Virus record (IMG/VR): IMGVR_UViG_3300025652_000043
Location: 19,042 to 83,041 of that record
Direction: 5' to 3' (one strand)
Origin: a virus
Length of the DNA stretch: 64,000 nt
Position numbers and translations under genes: made by a program. Within the stretch, counting starts at the first letter, position 1. Each line of letters begins with the position of its first letter. Shown here in pieces: positions 30,129-40,003 of the stretch. Under the pieces are notes generated by a model. The model was not told where the DNA came from. It saw only the letters and a program-made list of their open reading frames with translations, and made no database searches.

Positions 30129-30422
30129 TTATTTTTTCTTTTTTAATTTTGGTTTGTCCATTAAACTATTATACCACTTAACATATCTTACTAAGACTTC
30201 ATAAGTGTTTTTTAACATGCTATTTTCAGTGTCTACACACCATATCATGTCATTTTTCCTAATTTGTGATTCAAGGGAATTAACTGTCAGTTCACAATTG
30301 ATTTTTTCAACTATTAACATTAGATACTCCCATGATTCATCAAATTGCATGTAATTCTTAGAATCAACATATTTCTTAGTCTGAATATCTCCTAAGTAGT
30401 CCATTAATAAGACATTGCTCAT
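30129..30422 (-). CDS. Hypothetical protein
   Basis: 97 aa; ATGA overlap with the helicase gene. Confidence 0.6.
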   Translation of the reverse strand: MSNVLLMDYLGDIQTKKYVDSKNYMQFDESWEYLMLIVEKINCELTVNSLESQIRKNDMIWCVDTENSMLKNTYEVLVRYVKWYNSLMDKPKLKKKK

Positions 30423-31546
30423 ACTTCAGATTGATTTAACATATTCTTAAATCTTAGATATTCAATTTTAGCTTTATCAAAATTCTCTAAAGTAGATTTT
30501 ATCCAACTTTCATCTTGAGTGCCAATTAATGAAACAATCCAAATGGTTGCTTGATAATCTTTTTGATCTAAGAGTGTTCTAGCTATCTTTTGAGATGTTA
30601 ACCCATTTTTATCTGAATCACATTGAGTTAAAATAAGGTGGTCTATTGCTCTATAAGTAAAGCCTGTTCCACCAGCATTAACCATGGCTATTTCATCAAT
30701 CTCTCCTGCCTGAAACTTCTTTAAATCTATATTATCAGTTTTACTATGATAAGTATGTTCACATAAAAGTTCTGCTTGTGCAATTGTAGCTGAAAAAATC
30801 AATTTTCTACCTATTAAATGTTCTTTAATCAACCACTGTGCAGCTTCAGTTTTAGCAGGAGAGTTCTTAATTGCCCTCATCCTAGCTAAAATTCTAAATG
30901 TCATATCTGACCTTCTTTGAAAAATAGATTGTTGAGCCATATTATGTAAATAAGTATATTGTTTCTGTTCAGAGGTCAAAAACTTTTTATCCTTATTACC
31001 TGCTTCAATCTCCTTCTTAGTGCCCATATCAACTTCTACAACTTTAATACTATAGTTAGCTAAAAGCTTAAGATTCACTGCATTAGTGATACTTATGTTA
31101 ACTAATACTTCAAGGTTTAACTTCTTATAAAGTTCTTTCTTATGGTCATGCTTACTAGCTGTACCTGTCATAGAGATAATATTGACATAATCAATACTTC
31201 TATTTAACAGGTTTTCAAGATTATTTTCAGTTGCAAATTGCTCCTCATCAAGAATAATCATATCAAAAAATCCTACTATTTTATTAAGTGACATCCAAGT
31301 CACAGTAGTAAGTTTTTTCAAATATCTTTTAGCTCCCCAATTTTCAAATTCTGCAGGTATATCTTTCTCAGCTAATTCTGAGGAAGGTGTTACCCATAAA
31401 ATAGATTCTGGTTTTTCTCTCTTAATAATATCAATTCCTATTTTAGTTTTACCTACTCTAGGAGCTAATATTAATCTTCCATGTGGCTTGTGTTCAAGAC
31501 CATCCACAATTTCTTTCTGTATTCTACTTTTTTCTTTGTTGTTCAT
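30419..31546 (-). CDS. Superfamily 2 helicase
   Basis: APRVGKT, ILDEEQ, MTGT, QKIAR motifs. Confidence 0.88.
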   Translation of the reverse strand: MNNKEKSRIQKEIVDGLEHKPHGRLILAPRVGKTKIGIDIIKREKPESILWVTPSSELAEKDIPAEFENWGAKRYLKKLTTVTWMSLNKIVGFFDMIILDEEQFATENNLENLLNRSIDYVNIISMTGTASKHDHKKELYKKLNLEVLVNISITNAVNLKLLANYSIKVVEVDMGTKKEIEAGNKDKKFLTSEQKQYTYLHNMAQQSIFQRRSDMTFRILARMRAIKNSPAKTEAAQWLIKEHLIGRKLIFSATIAQAELLCEHTYHSKTDNIDLKKFQAGEIDEIAMVNAGGTGFTYRAIDHLILTQCDSDKNGLTSQKIARTLLDQKDYQATIWIVSLIGTQDESWIKSTLENFDKAKIEYLRFKNMLNQSEV

Positions 31547-31731
31547 GATTCTTTTAATTCTAATTCTCTATGTTTATCTGATTTATGTGCTACCATTAGT
31601 GTAGCCAAACTAGAATCATCAAAAATCTTAATGTGATTTACAATAAGATTCATACAAATTTTTGTTTGCTCATGAGTTTTACAACTAGATATTATTCTAA
31701 GTATCCATTGAGCCACTTTATATTTATTCAT
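31543..31731 (-). CDS. Hypothetical protein (probable start MNKYKVAQW)
   Basis: Short ORF between the polymerase and helicase genes. Confidence 0.5.
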   Translation of the reverse strand: MNKYKVAQWILRIISSCKTHEQTKICMNLIVNHIKIFDDSSLATLMVAHKSDKHRELELKES

Positions 31732-31741
31732 AATTTTAAGG

Positions 31742-33682
31742 TTAGTGAACATCTGCATATGAATGTCCAAATTGGACATCTATATCTAGTGCTCTGTTTA
31801 ATTTTAATTCTTCATTTACTTTTGCTACTGCATTTTTTAAGATATTGGTTGTTACAGTTCTATGTAATATATCATCTACAACAGGGGCAACCACTTCATC
31901 ATGAAATTGTCCACACATCTTAACTCCTTCATCTCTACAGTTTTTAACCCATCTATCAAAGGCATACACTCCTGTTCCTTGATTAAGAGTAGAAAACCTA
32001 TCCTTATAGAACCTTAGTGAATACCAAAATTTAGATACTGGATTATATAGCCACATTTGAGTGCCAACTTCTTTAGTTATACAAGCTTTTGCTATTTCTT
32101 TTACAGACCAATTCTTTTTCCAATAAATCTTTAATAAAGTAGCACACTGTCTAACTGGCATACCTGTTGTTCTAGACATAGTAAGCTCTCCAACACCATA
32201 AACTGCTCCATAATTAACAGTTTTAAAATTTGACCTTTCTTTATTTATGATAGTATGTTTAGTAATATCATGCTCAGAATATTCTGCATCATGATTCCAA
32301 AGCTTAAACCATTCTATATTCTCAATTGAAAGTCCCATTTCTCCATTAGTCACTTCATAACCAAGTTCTGCTAAATCTAAATGGGGATCAAATCCAGGAA
32401 CATTCATCACTTCAACATATTCAGGGTCAAAGAAATATATATAGTGTTGTTTAGTTCTATCTTCTAATGAAGACATATCTGAACCACATAATACATAACC
32501 TTCTTCAGCTACCAAGCACCCTCTAATATGTACACCATCTCTCCAATCATTTTTACCTGTTGGTTTTGGTAAGTTTACAATTATAGAATGTTTAAATCTT
32601 AAAGTATTTGTTATTCCTGCTATTTTAGCTTGTAAAAAACCTTCTTCATCTACATCTCTTAGAAAACCTTTTAAAAGTCCTATTCTATGTTTAATGACAT
32701 AGTACATATCTAACTGTTCTAAAGTTGGTTCTACCTCATATAATAGCTTAATTGAAGGACATAATCCCTCTCCTCTAGGTAAAGACATTTGTTCTATCTT
32801 CCTAATGCTACCATCATCTTCTTTTTCATATTTAAAAGTTACAGGAATCCAACCTAAACTATAGAACCAATTTTTAAGTTGTAAAGGAGAATTAGGATTA
32901 CCAGGCTCTCTATTTTTCTCTATTTTTAGAGGTCCTTCAAAGTCTTCATCTAACCCTAATTCATCTAATAAAGATAACCAATTCTCTCCTAATTTACTAA
33001 CAGTATTATCTCTCTTTAGAAACTTTTTTGGCTTGTGAATAGATTTATAATTGATTTTTTCAGGCATAATATCTACTAGAATTTCTTTTCTAGTTTCAAA
33101 TTCTGTTTCAAATAAATTTAAGTTACTATTACACAATGGAATATCAAGTTTCCATCTCATTTCTTCTTGCTCTCTTGCACAGTCCATTTTATACATCAAG
33201 TATCCAATAAACCTTTTAATTTGCTTATCATCATTGTCATAAATAACTCTAAGATGAGTTATTTGCATATTAAACAGTGAAAGATTAATTTTTACATCTT
33301 CTCTTACTCTATTAATATAAACTTCAATAGGTTGTGTAGTCCAATCTGTTACCTTTGGCTTGGGGATGCCAAACATAGCACCATAATTATCAAGACCATG
33401 GCTGTTTCTTTCAGGCTCTAAGTACCAAGACAAAATAAGAGTATCAATTAATCTAATGTCTTTGTTCACTCCTAAAATCTTTTTCCACACAACACTATCA
33501 AATCTTGAAATGTTATGACAAATTAAAGTTAAATCATCTTGTAAAAGAAATCTCTTCATTTGCTCATAATCAGTAATTTCACCTGATTTTCCTGTATCTA
33601 AATTATGCCAACCTAATACATGAATTTTAGTAATAGTATCTAATAAACCATCAGTTTCTAAATCAATTATATATTTTCCCAT
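31742..33682 (-). CDS. polA: Family A DNA polymerase with 3'-5' exonuclease (T7-like, Tyr at the 762-equivalent position)
   Basis: DLETDG exonuclease motif, motif A DMSSLEDR, motif B KTVNYGAVYG, motif C FHDE. Confidence 0.95.
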   Translation of the reverse strand: MGKYIIDLETDGLLDTITKIHVLGWHNLDTGKSGEITDYEQMKRFLLQDDLTLICHNISRFDSVVWKKILGVNKDIRLIDTLILSWYLEPERNSHGLDNYGAMFGIPKPKVTDWTTQPIEVYINRVREDVKINLSLFNMQITHLRVIYDNDDKQIKRFIGYLMYKMDCAREQEEMRWKLDIPLCNSNLNLFETEFETRKEILVDIMPEKINYKSIHKPKKFLKRDNTVSKLGENWLSLLDELGLDEDFEGPLKIEKNREPGNPNSPLQLKNWFYSLGWIPVTFKYEKEDDGSIRKIEQMSLPRGEGLCPSIKLLYEVEPTLEQLDMYYVIKHRIGLLKGFLRDVDEEGFLQAKIAGITNTLRFKHSIIVNLPKPTGKNDWRDGVHIRGCLVAEEGYVLCGSDMSSLEDRTKQHYIYFFDPEYVEVMNVPGFDPHLDLAELGYEVTNGEMGLSIENIEWFKLWNHDAEYSEHDITKHTIINKERSNFKTVNYGAVYGVGELTMSRTTGMPVRQCATLLKIYWKKNWSVKEIAKACITKEVGTQMWLYNPVSKFWYSLRFYKDRFSTLNQGTGVYAFDRWVKNCRDEGVKMCGQFHDEVVAPVVDDILHRTVTTNILKNAVAKVNEELKLNRALDIDVQFGHSYADVH

Positions 33683-33964
33683 TTATTTTTCTTGATTAAG
33701 TTTAAAAATTTTCTCTAATAGTTTATTGTTCTCTGCTTGAAGCATCTTATTCTTTTTGTGTGCTCCTATCATTTCTTGTCTATAAGAAACTAACCTAGAA
33801 AATCTTGAACTATATGTTTTGAAATCTTTTATGAATTTTAATTTATTATCATTTATGATTTTAACATTTTGTTCTTGTCTTCTAAGTTGTTTCTTGAGTT
33901 CTTTTATATAAGAGTTAGCTATTATTAGCTTCTCATAGTCTGTAAGTCTATTATACTTAAACAT
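33683..33964 (-). CDS. Hypothetical coiled-coil protein
   Basis: 93-aa ORF in the operon. Confidence 0.55.
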   Translation of the reverse strand: MFKYNRLTDYEKLIIANSYIKELKKQLRRQEQNVKIINDNKLKFIKDFKTYSSRFSRLVSYRQEMIGAHKKNKMLQAENNKLLEKIFKLNQEK

Positions 33965-35234
33965 TATACAAAATCACTAAATTAGATGCTCTAGTCACTG
34001 CAGTGTATAAAAGTCTATTTCTTTCTTCTAATACTCTGTTTCTCATAACATCTTTAATATTAATCACAACATCTTTATAAGTTGAACCTTGACTCTTATG
34101 CACTGTAATTGCATGGTTGTATTTATAACTTAAAAACTGTTCTGAAAATTCATAATACTGTCTCCAATCAATAGCTCTACTAATCGCCATAGCTTTTAGT
34201 TTTCTTACATTATTATGGTGAAGTCCTATAAAATTTTCATGTATAGCATAAATATTACCATTCACAACATAAACTTCATATTCAAAAGCCTCTTGAGCAC
34301 AATAGAAATTTCTAATAGTAGTCTCTAGTGTCTCCACTTTAATCTCTTGATTATTGTGTAAAATATCATCTTCAGATATAATATAAGGTGCATTAAGTAC
34401 AAGAGTCTCTCCCCTTTCAATTAAAGCAGGAGTGCCATATATAGTAGCCCTTACTGAAAAGTTAATAGAATCAACTTCAGCATTAGTCCAAGCTAAATAT
34501 TTAAGATTGTCAGTACCATTTTCTTCAGCAAGTTTATAAATAATTTTTTGCCTATCATTGGAGTATAAATATCCTCTTCTTTGGTCTGCTTCCCCCACTA
34601 CATCCTCTTTTTTACTTTGAATAAGAGGTAAATTTCTACTCAAATCAATAATAGAATTTCCTTCTGCTTGTCTAATTATTTCAGTAAGTTCAATAGTAAA
34701 CCAGTTTTGATGAAATACAGGTGAATGTACTTCCTTAACAGGATTAACTTGTTTCTCATCTCCAATAAAAATAACAGGAAAATTATATTGTTCTAGTAAC
34801 CCCAATTGATAGTCATTAAGCATAGAAGCTTCATCAATAACTAATAAACTACATCTAGCAAAAGGTGGATCACTTTTTCTAAAACTCTGTACAAATCTTT
34901 TGACTCCTGTTCTCTTATCAATTTGAGGTTTAAGCTTTAAACCTGCATGAACAGTACAAAAAACTACAGGGTCTTTATCCTCTTCCATAGCAATTTTAGT
35001 CTTTAAAACTGATAATGCTTTATGAGTAGGTGCTGAAATATAAACATAACCCCTATTTTGTGGGCTTTTCATAAACTCATCTAATAGAAAGTTTACTAAA
35101 GTAGTTTTACCTACTCCTGCAGAACCAGTAAGAACTATTCTTTTTCTCTGGTCTGATAATTCAAATAGTACTTTTTCTAACCTTTCTTTTTGATGGTCAG
35201 TTAAAGTAATATTAATTAGTTTTCTTGTCTCCAT
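33957..35234 (-). CDS. SF1B helicase, Dda/RecD-like
   Basis: GSAGVGKT, APTHKA, IDEASM, GDEKQ, IIRQ, TVHKSQGSTY, YTAVTRA. Confidence 0.93.
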   Translation of the reverse strand: METRKLINITLTDHQKERLEKVLFELSDQRKRIVLTGSAGVGKTTLVNFLLDEFMKSPQNRGYVYISAPTHKALSVLKTKIAMEEDKDPVVFCTVHAGLKLKPQIDKRTGVKRFVQSFRKSDPPFARCSLLVIDEASMLNDYQLGLLEQYNFPVIFIGDEKQVNPVKEVHSPVFHQNWFTIELTEIIRQAEGNSIIDLSRNLPLIQSKKEDVVGEADQRRGYLYSNDRQKIIYKLAEENGTDNLKYLAWTNAEVDSINFSVRATIYGTPALIERGETLVLNAPYIISEDDILHNNQEIKVETLETTIRNFYCAQEAFEYEVYVVNGNIYAIHENFIGLHHNNVRKLKAMAISRAIDWRQYYEFSEQFLSYKYNHAITVHKSQGSTYKDVVINIKDVMRNRVLEERNRLLYTAVTRASNLVILYNV

Positions 35235-35247
35235 GTTTTAAGTGTTA

Positions 35248-35281
35248 AAAACCCTAAACTAGACACAGTTTAGGGTTTTAT
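35248..35281 (-). terminator. Intrinsic terminator
   Basis: aaaaccctaaact-agacac-agtttagggtttt. Confidence 0.7.
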
Positions 35282-35299
35282 TTATAATAAAAGAGACAA

Positions 35300-35680
35300 T
35301 TATTCCTCTTCTTCTGTTGGCTTATTGAGAGCACTATCACCTGAAGCAATAGCATCTCTAGTTAATAGCATAAGAGTTTCTACTTGAATTTCTTTTTTCT
35401 TTAAGTCTTCAATAAGTTTTTCAATATGGTTTTGATACATATTACTTCTGCTTTTAGCATTAATAGCTAAAAACATTAATTGATAAGCACTAAGGGCATG
35501 TGAATTATAAAATTCAATAGCTTCCACTATGTTAGTGATTTTTGATGCGGGATTAGCTGAGGTTTTTTCTACTCTTATTGCTTGATCTAAATCTTTTTTC
35601 AATAATCCAAACTTACTCTCTAATTGTTCTAGTACAAAAGCCTCTTTTGGGTCTAGTGTATCTTCTTCTACTTTTTTCAT
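35300..35680 (-). CDS. Hypothetical protein
   Basis: 126-aa ORF. Confidence 0.6.
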   Translation of the reverse strand: MKKVEEDTLDPKEAFVLEQLESKFGLLKKDLDQAIRVEKTSANPASKITNIVEAIEFYNSHALSAYQLMFLAINAKSRSNMYQNHIEKLIEDLKKKEIQVETLMLLTRDAIASGDSALNKPTEEEE

Positions 35681-35694
35681 TAATTACTTTAAAT

Positions 35695-36228
35695 TTATAT
35701 GGTTTTTACTAGTTTACTATGGATATGGTATCTTTTTTCTACTGAAGGAAAATATACTACTAAATTAGAGTGGTGGTCATGTTCACAATGTCCACAATTA
35801 AAAGTAAAATCTTCTTTTGCAACTACAATTCCTGGTACTTCTAAAAAAGACTTTTCAGGTAAGTCATGATTCTTACTTAACTGATTTTTACTTAGATATT
35901 CATGCATGTAACATCCTGCAAATTCATCTATCAAAATTACAGAATCTCCAATTTCTTTATCTTCTCTATTAAATTGTGTTTCTGTTGCTATAGAATTTTT
36001 AAGTGCTTTTAAAATTCTCTGCATTTCTTTTTGAGTATTTTCTTTACTAAAACCTATATGATTTACTTCAACACCAATGCCTACTTTAGCTAGAGCATCT
36101 TTAAATACTTCCATAAATCCATCAATCTTGAATTTTTTCTGTTCTTTTGACAAATAATCTTTTAATTGATTATCAAGAAAGTTTTTTAATTTCTTCTTAC
36201 TCTCTTCAAATTCTTCTGTGCTTTCCAT
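35695..36228 (-). CDS. Hypothetical protein with Cys/His cluster
   Basis: CGHCEHDHH motif near the C-terminus. Confidence 0.6.
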   Translation of the reverse strand: MESTEEFEESKKKLKNFLDNQLKDYLSKEQKKFKIDGFMEVFKDALAKVGIGVEVNHIGFSKENTQKEMQRILKALKNSIATETQFNREDKEIGDSVILIDEFAGCYMHEYLSKNQLSKNHDLPEKSFLEVPGIVVAKEDFTFNCGHCEHDHHSNLVVYFPSVEKRYHIHSKLVKTI

Positions 36229-36229
36229 A

Positions 36230-36418
36230 TCAATTAAAATGATTAATATCCTCTTGGATAGATTCTAAGTCTTTTTGAAGCTGAATTTCTCTTTCAGTTT
36301 TTTGTCTCTTCTCTTTCTTTTTTAGCTTTATTTGTAGAATAAAAACTACTAAAGCCACTATTATACCACATAAAAGTGCTATAATATTTATACTAGTTAT
36401 TAGTAAGTCTGTTTTCAT
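36230..36418 (-). CDS. Small single-pass membrane protein
   Basis: N-terminal hydrophobic helix followed by a basic patch. Confidence 0.6.
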   Translation of the reverse strand: MKTDLLITSINIIALLCGIIVALVVFILQIKLKKKEKRQKTEREIQLQKDLESIQEDINHFN

Positions 36419-36681
36419 TGTTTTCTGTTTTAAAATATTTGCTTTTAACTATAATTCTTCTACCTTTTCTTTTTAGATTGGTAGTAAACTGTTGTACTAG
36501 TACTGGAACTCTTTTTCTCATGGTCTTTTATATGTTAGTATTTGCATTGTAAAAACTAAAAAGGATATATTTAATACCCACTTTAGTCTAGGATTGAAAT
36601 TGTATTTAACTGCTGATATTGATGGTGTAAAATAGAAAGCTTGTATTCTATAATTATACATTGTATATTTAAATGATATTT

Positions 36682-37353
36682 TCATAATAAGTTTTCTTTA
36701 ATCCAATCTATGTTATCAATAGAGGCTTGAATACTACGAGTATTTGGAACCCATCTGTCATCTTCTAACATTTCAAAATCTTCTTTTAAGTTAGATAACC
36801 TTCTCAATATTTCTTCTCTATCGTACACCTTCTCTTCAATTGCACTAAGTATAATACAGTTGTTTGAGTCTAGTTTAAGTATATCATTTCCTTCAAAGTA
36901 TCCTAAACAATTAGATGATGTATTAATACAGTCCTCTTCAAGCTTACCACATTTATAACATTTAATTATTTCTTCACACTCAACTTCCCAATCTTCCTTA
37001 CCACCTGATTCAACAAATGCTTTAAGAAATGATTGTGATACATTAGATAATGATGTATAAGGGATAATATCTTCTTTAGTAAATAAATTATCATCACTAG
37101 TTGCTATGATTTTTAACCAATCTACCCAACTATTAGTAAGTACACACTTGACTTTTTTAACTTTGTTTAGATGATATTTATGTACCATCCAATCCCCCTC
37201 TTCAATATTTTCATCTGATGTGATGTAGATATGTTGATATTTTAAACCAAATCCTATTAAATTATTACTGTAATGTAAATGTTGAAAATTAGTTTGAAAT
37301 ATATGTGTCTTATCTTTTGTTGGCAATAATATTGCCTTTACTTGTTTTTTCAT
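36682..37353 (-). CDS. Hypothetical protein
   Basis: 223 aa with an internal Cys cluster (CYKC...C...C). Confidence 0.6.
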   Translation of the reverse strand: MKKQVKAILLPTKDKTHIFQTNFQHLHYSNNLIGFGLKYQHIYITSDENIEEGDWMVHKYHLNKVKKVKCVLTNSWVDWLKIIATSDDNLFTKEDIIPYTSLSNVSQSFLKAFVESGGKEDWEVECEEIIKCYKCGKLEEDCINTSSNCLGYFEGNDILKLDSNNCIILSAIEEKVYDREEILRRLSNLKEDFEMLEDDRWVPNTRSIQASIDNIDWIKENLL

Positions 37354-37392
37354 TCTATTAGTTTTTCTATACTTTTGGATATATATGTATCA

Positions 37393-37438
37393 TAATCGTA
37401 TCACTATCGTATATTATCGTGTCTTATCGTATCTCGTT
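37393..37438. repeat. Helically phased (T)ATCGT repeats
   Basis: atcgt at 37395, 37406, 37416 and 37426, plus tcgt at 37434; intergenic. Confidence 0.75.
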
Positions 37439-37543
37439 ACCAAGCACGAAACCCATATAAGTTAATCATAATAGCAAACAACGTTATAATTATAATTGTT
37501 GCTACTATTAATACTTTTACTTGTAAGCTCATATTTTTCATAA

Positions 37544-38263
37544 TCAAGGTATTTTAAATAAATAAATTCTAACTCCTACTCTAACATCCCATCGTAATGC
37601 TTTCATTTCATTACCAAAGTTATCAAATTTTTCTGCTGTAAATACATTAGTATTTGCTATAAGAGTGGCATAACTATTTAAATGATATCCAAATGTAAGA
37701 TTAGTACCAATAGATAAATTTGTCTCTGGTCCAAAATAACTATTATCTCTACTATATGGTCTTGAATCTACTCTGTTAATAACAGATAATTCTATACCAA
37801 TAGAAGTTTCAAATAAATGGTTAATAATATTAGGTTTATAATCTATACCTAAATATGTATATTTTTGATATTCAATTTCTTTTAGGTATTCATATCCAGC
37901 CCATATATTTACATCTAAATTAGGAATTGTAACACCAAATATAAATTCAGGATTAAATACTCCTCCTTCTCCATGTGGTCCTTCAATTACCATTTTCATA
38001 TCTACTGCTCCAGATACAAAGAATGTTGGTACTCTTTCATGTTTTAACTGTGCTTGTACATTAAAAGAGAATGCAAGAAATAAAATTAGTAATTTAATTA
38101 TTTTAGCTCTTTTGGCATATCTTATAAGATTCTTTATCTCATTTTCTTCCATATAAATTACTTTATTTTCATGGTGATTTACTGCTAGACATATTCTGTA
38201 CCCTTCATCATGAATGTACACACCATCTCCAAGGTGTTCAGGTTTTAATAATTCTTCTGCCAT
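37544..38263 (-). CDS. Outer-membrane beta-barrel-like protein with an internal signal peptide (possible fusion of two genes)
   Basis: After ~55 aa: KLLILFLAFSFNVQA/Q signal-peptide-like segment, amphipathic beta strands, C-terminal WDVRVGVRIYLF. Confidence 0.6.
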   Translation of the reverse strand: MAEELLKPEHLGDGVYIHDEGYRICLAVNHHENKVIYMEENEIKNLIRYAKRAKIIKLLILFLAFSFNVQAQLKHERVPTFFVSGAVDMKMVIEGPHGEGGVFNPEFIFGVTIPNLDVNIWAGYEYLKEIEYQKYTYLGIDYKPNIINHLFETSIGIELSVINRVDSRPYSRDNSYFGPETNLSIGTNLTFGYHLNSYATLIANTNVFTAEKFDNFGNEMKALRWDVRVGVRIYLFKIP

Positions 38264-38291
38264 TGTTTTTTGTTTTTAATTAATTAATATA

Positions 38292-38355
38292 ACCCTCTTT
38301 CTTATTAGCTGTATCCCTTTTAAGTTCAACATTAAAGGCTAATAAGAGTAGGGTC
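38292..38355 (-). other. Conserved long hairpin with internal loop, copy 1
   Basis: accct-ctt-tcttattagc ... gctaataaga-gt-agggt (+ strand); homologous to 39082-39181. Confidence 0.7.
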
Positions 38356-38638
38356 ACGTAGTTGCTATTCATTACTAGTTCATTTGTATGAACCTTAACT
38401 ACTTAACATACTACTAGGATTCCTCCAAACTTTGTTTATAGGTTGCATTCAACCACCAGGAATATTATTGAGAGCTTCCTGAAGTTTTTTCTCTCTAGTT
38501 TACCCTGTCAATTCAGGATTAGTATCTTTATGTGAATATTACTCAGGTTCCAACCACTTAGGTAACCAATCAATAGATTGATAGCCCTACTGAGCTAGTA
38601 AGTGTCATGTCTATTCTAAATTCACAAAGGTTCAATGT

Positions 38639-38992
38639 TTAGCCATTATTTTTAATTCCTTTTAATAAAGTAGCACCTGTAATATTTAATTTATATCTTC
38701 TAATATCACTAGGATAACCTTTGAATGTTATATCAACCAAAGGTGTCCATCTACTACTCCAGACACAACCATCTTTATCAGTATCTTTTATCCAATTATA
38801 TATTTCTATACACTCTTCAGCATCTTGTTGGTGCTCAGGGTCTTTTAATTGTCTGGTTAAGTGGTTCATTAATTTTCCCATATTTTCTATTTTATTAAAA
38901 ACTCTTTGCCCAAATTTCAGTAGGATATTGATTTGGCAAGGATGAAAGTCCTCTCTTGTACCCATAAGCACCAACACATCTACAATAAACAC
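38639..38992 (-). CDS. Hypothetical protein (start may be MGKLMNHL near 38881)
   Basis: ORF track; N-terminal part doubtful. Confidence 0.5.
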   Translation of the reverse strand: MFIVDVLVLMGTREDFHPCQINILLKFGQRVFNKIENMGKLMNHLTRQLKDPEHQQDAEECIEIYNWIKDTDKDGCVWSSRWTPLVDITFKGYPSDIRRYKLNITGATLLKGIKNNG

Positions 38993-39081
38993 AACTGCTG
39001 ATACAGTTTGTATAATATTGTAAGAGCATTTATAGTCTTACATTATATCGTTTATCTTCAAATCAAAGAGTTTAATTATTG

Positions 39082-39181
39082 GACCCTTGTATCTCATTAG
39101 TTTAGTGCACAAAATAATTGGCTATTGCTATTTCAAAAGCTTAGTGCAAAAGTTGAGGCTATCACTAATGAGAGTAGGGTC
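39082..39181 (-). other. Conserved long hairpin with internal loop, copy 2
   Basis: gaccct-tgta-tctcattagt ... actaatgaga-gt-agggtc (+ strand), with compensatory changes relative to copy 1. Confidence 0.7.
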
Positions 39182-39317
39182 ACTATTATTGAAGTAATTA
39201 TACTAAAAATCTAAAAGGCTTTGTGTCTCGTTTCACTCTACCTTTTAGATTTAATACTCATGACTAATAAACTAACCAAACCAAATTTAAACATGAGCAT
39301 ATAACAAATATAATTAA

Positions 39318-39578
39318 TTAATCAATATAATTTGATGCATTCTCTAAAACATACCATTGTTTAGGTCTACCATCATCATATTTAAAAGCTTTCCATTCTC
39401 TTTCATCAAATGCATATCCTGCTGCTGCAAAATGTCCATTATCTACTACTACTACCATTCCAGGTAGGAATTTCTCATCTGTCACTTTTACTGCTCCTGC
39501 AGCTTCTAAATTGTGACATTTTGATGCAAATGAAGCACCAATATGTACTCCATTAATAACATTAATATACTTTCCCAT
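39318..39578 (-). CDS. Hypothetical early protein
   Basis: 86 aa, globular composition (VVVVDNGHFAAAGYAFD). Confidence 0.7.
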   Translation of the reverse strand: MGKYINVINGVHIGASFASKCHNLEAAGAVKVTDEKFLPGMVVVVDNGHFAAAGYAFDEREWKAFKYDDGRPKQWYVLENASNYID

Positions 39579-39580
39579 TT

Positions 39581-39895
39581 TTATTTGGTTTTAAGCTTAA
39601 ACTTTTGATGAAATTCATGAGACTCTCTCACAAACATTAGTCCGTTTCTTTTATATGCCACCATGGTGCTATCATCTTCACATCCATTTGTTGCATTAAT
39701 TACTTGAAGATTAACAAGAGTGTATTCATCTCCTGTCTTCTCATGTATATATTTTACCATTTCTTTTTGGTTTTGCAATAAGGATATTTTATTCTTTTTA
39801 TTAATATTTCTCCTTACTTGTGCTTTAAACATTAATAATATTAATATGACTACTAATGTTGACATCACAATGTTTACTATTTTACTTGTATCCAT
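39581..39895 (-). CDS. Membrane-anchored protein with a small beta domain (DUF1653-like)
   Basis: N-terminal TM helix; Y.H.KTG..Y...NAT...VAY...FVRE..EF..KF pattern. Confidence 0.55.
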   Translation of the reverse strand: MDTSKIVNIVMSTLVVILILLMFKAQVRRNINKKNKISLLQNQKEMVKYIHEKTGDEYTLVNLQVINATNGCEDDSTMVAYKRNGLMFVRESHEFHQKFKLKTK

Positions 39896-40003
39896 TACTA
39901 TTTGGTTTTATTATTAAAGAACAATATGATTATTAAAATCCATATCATCATAAGATAATCCCATATATTAAAAAAACTATCTGCATGCATAATTTAGCTA
40001 TAT

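Noticed and set aside
38264-39317. tRNA genes in the long intergenic gaps
   Set aside because: No GTTCRA T-loop in a cloverleaf context was found by eye on either strand.
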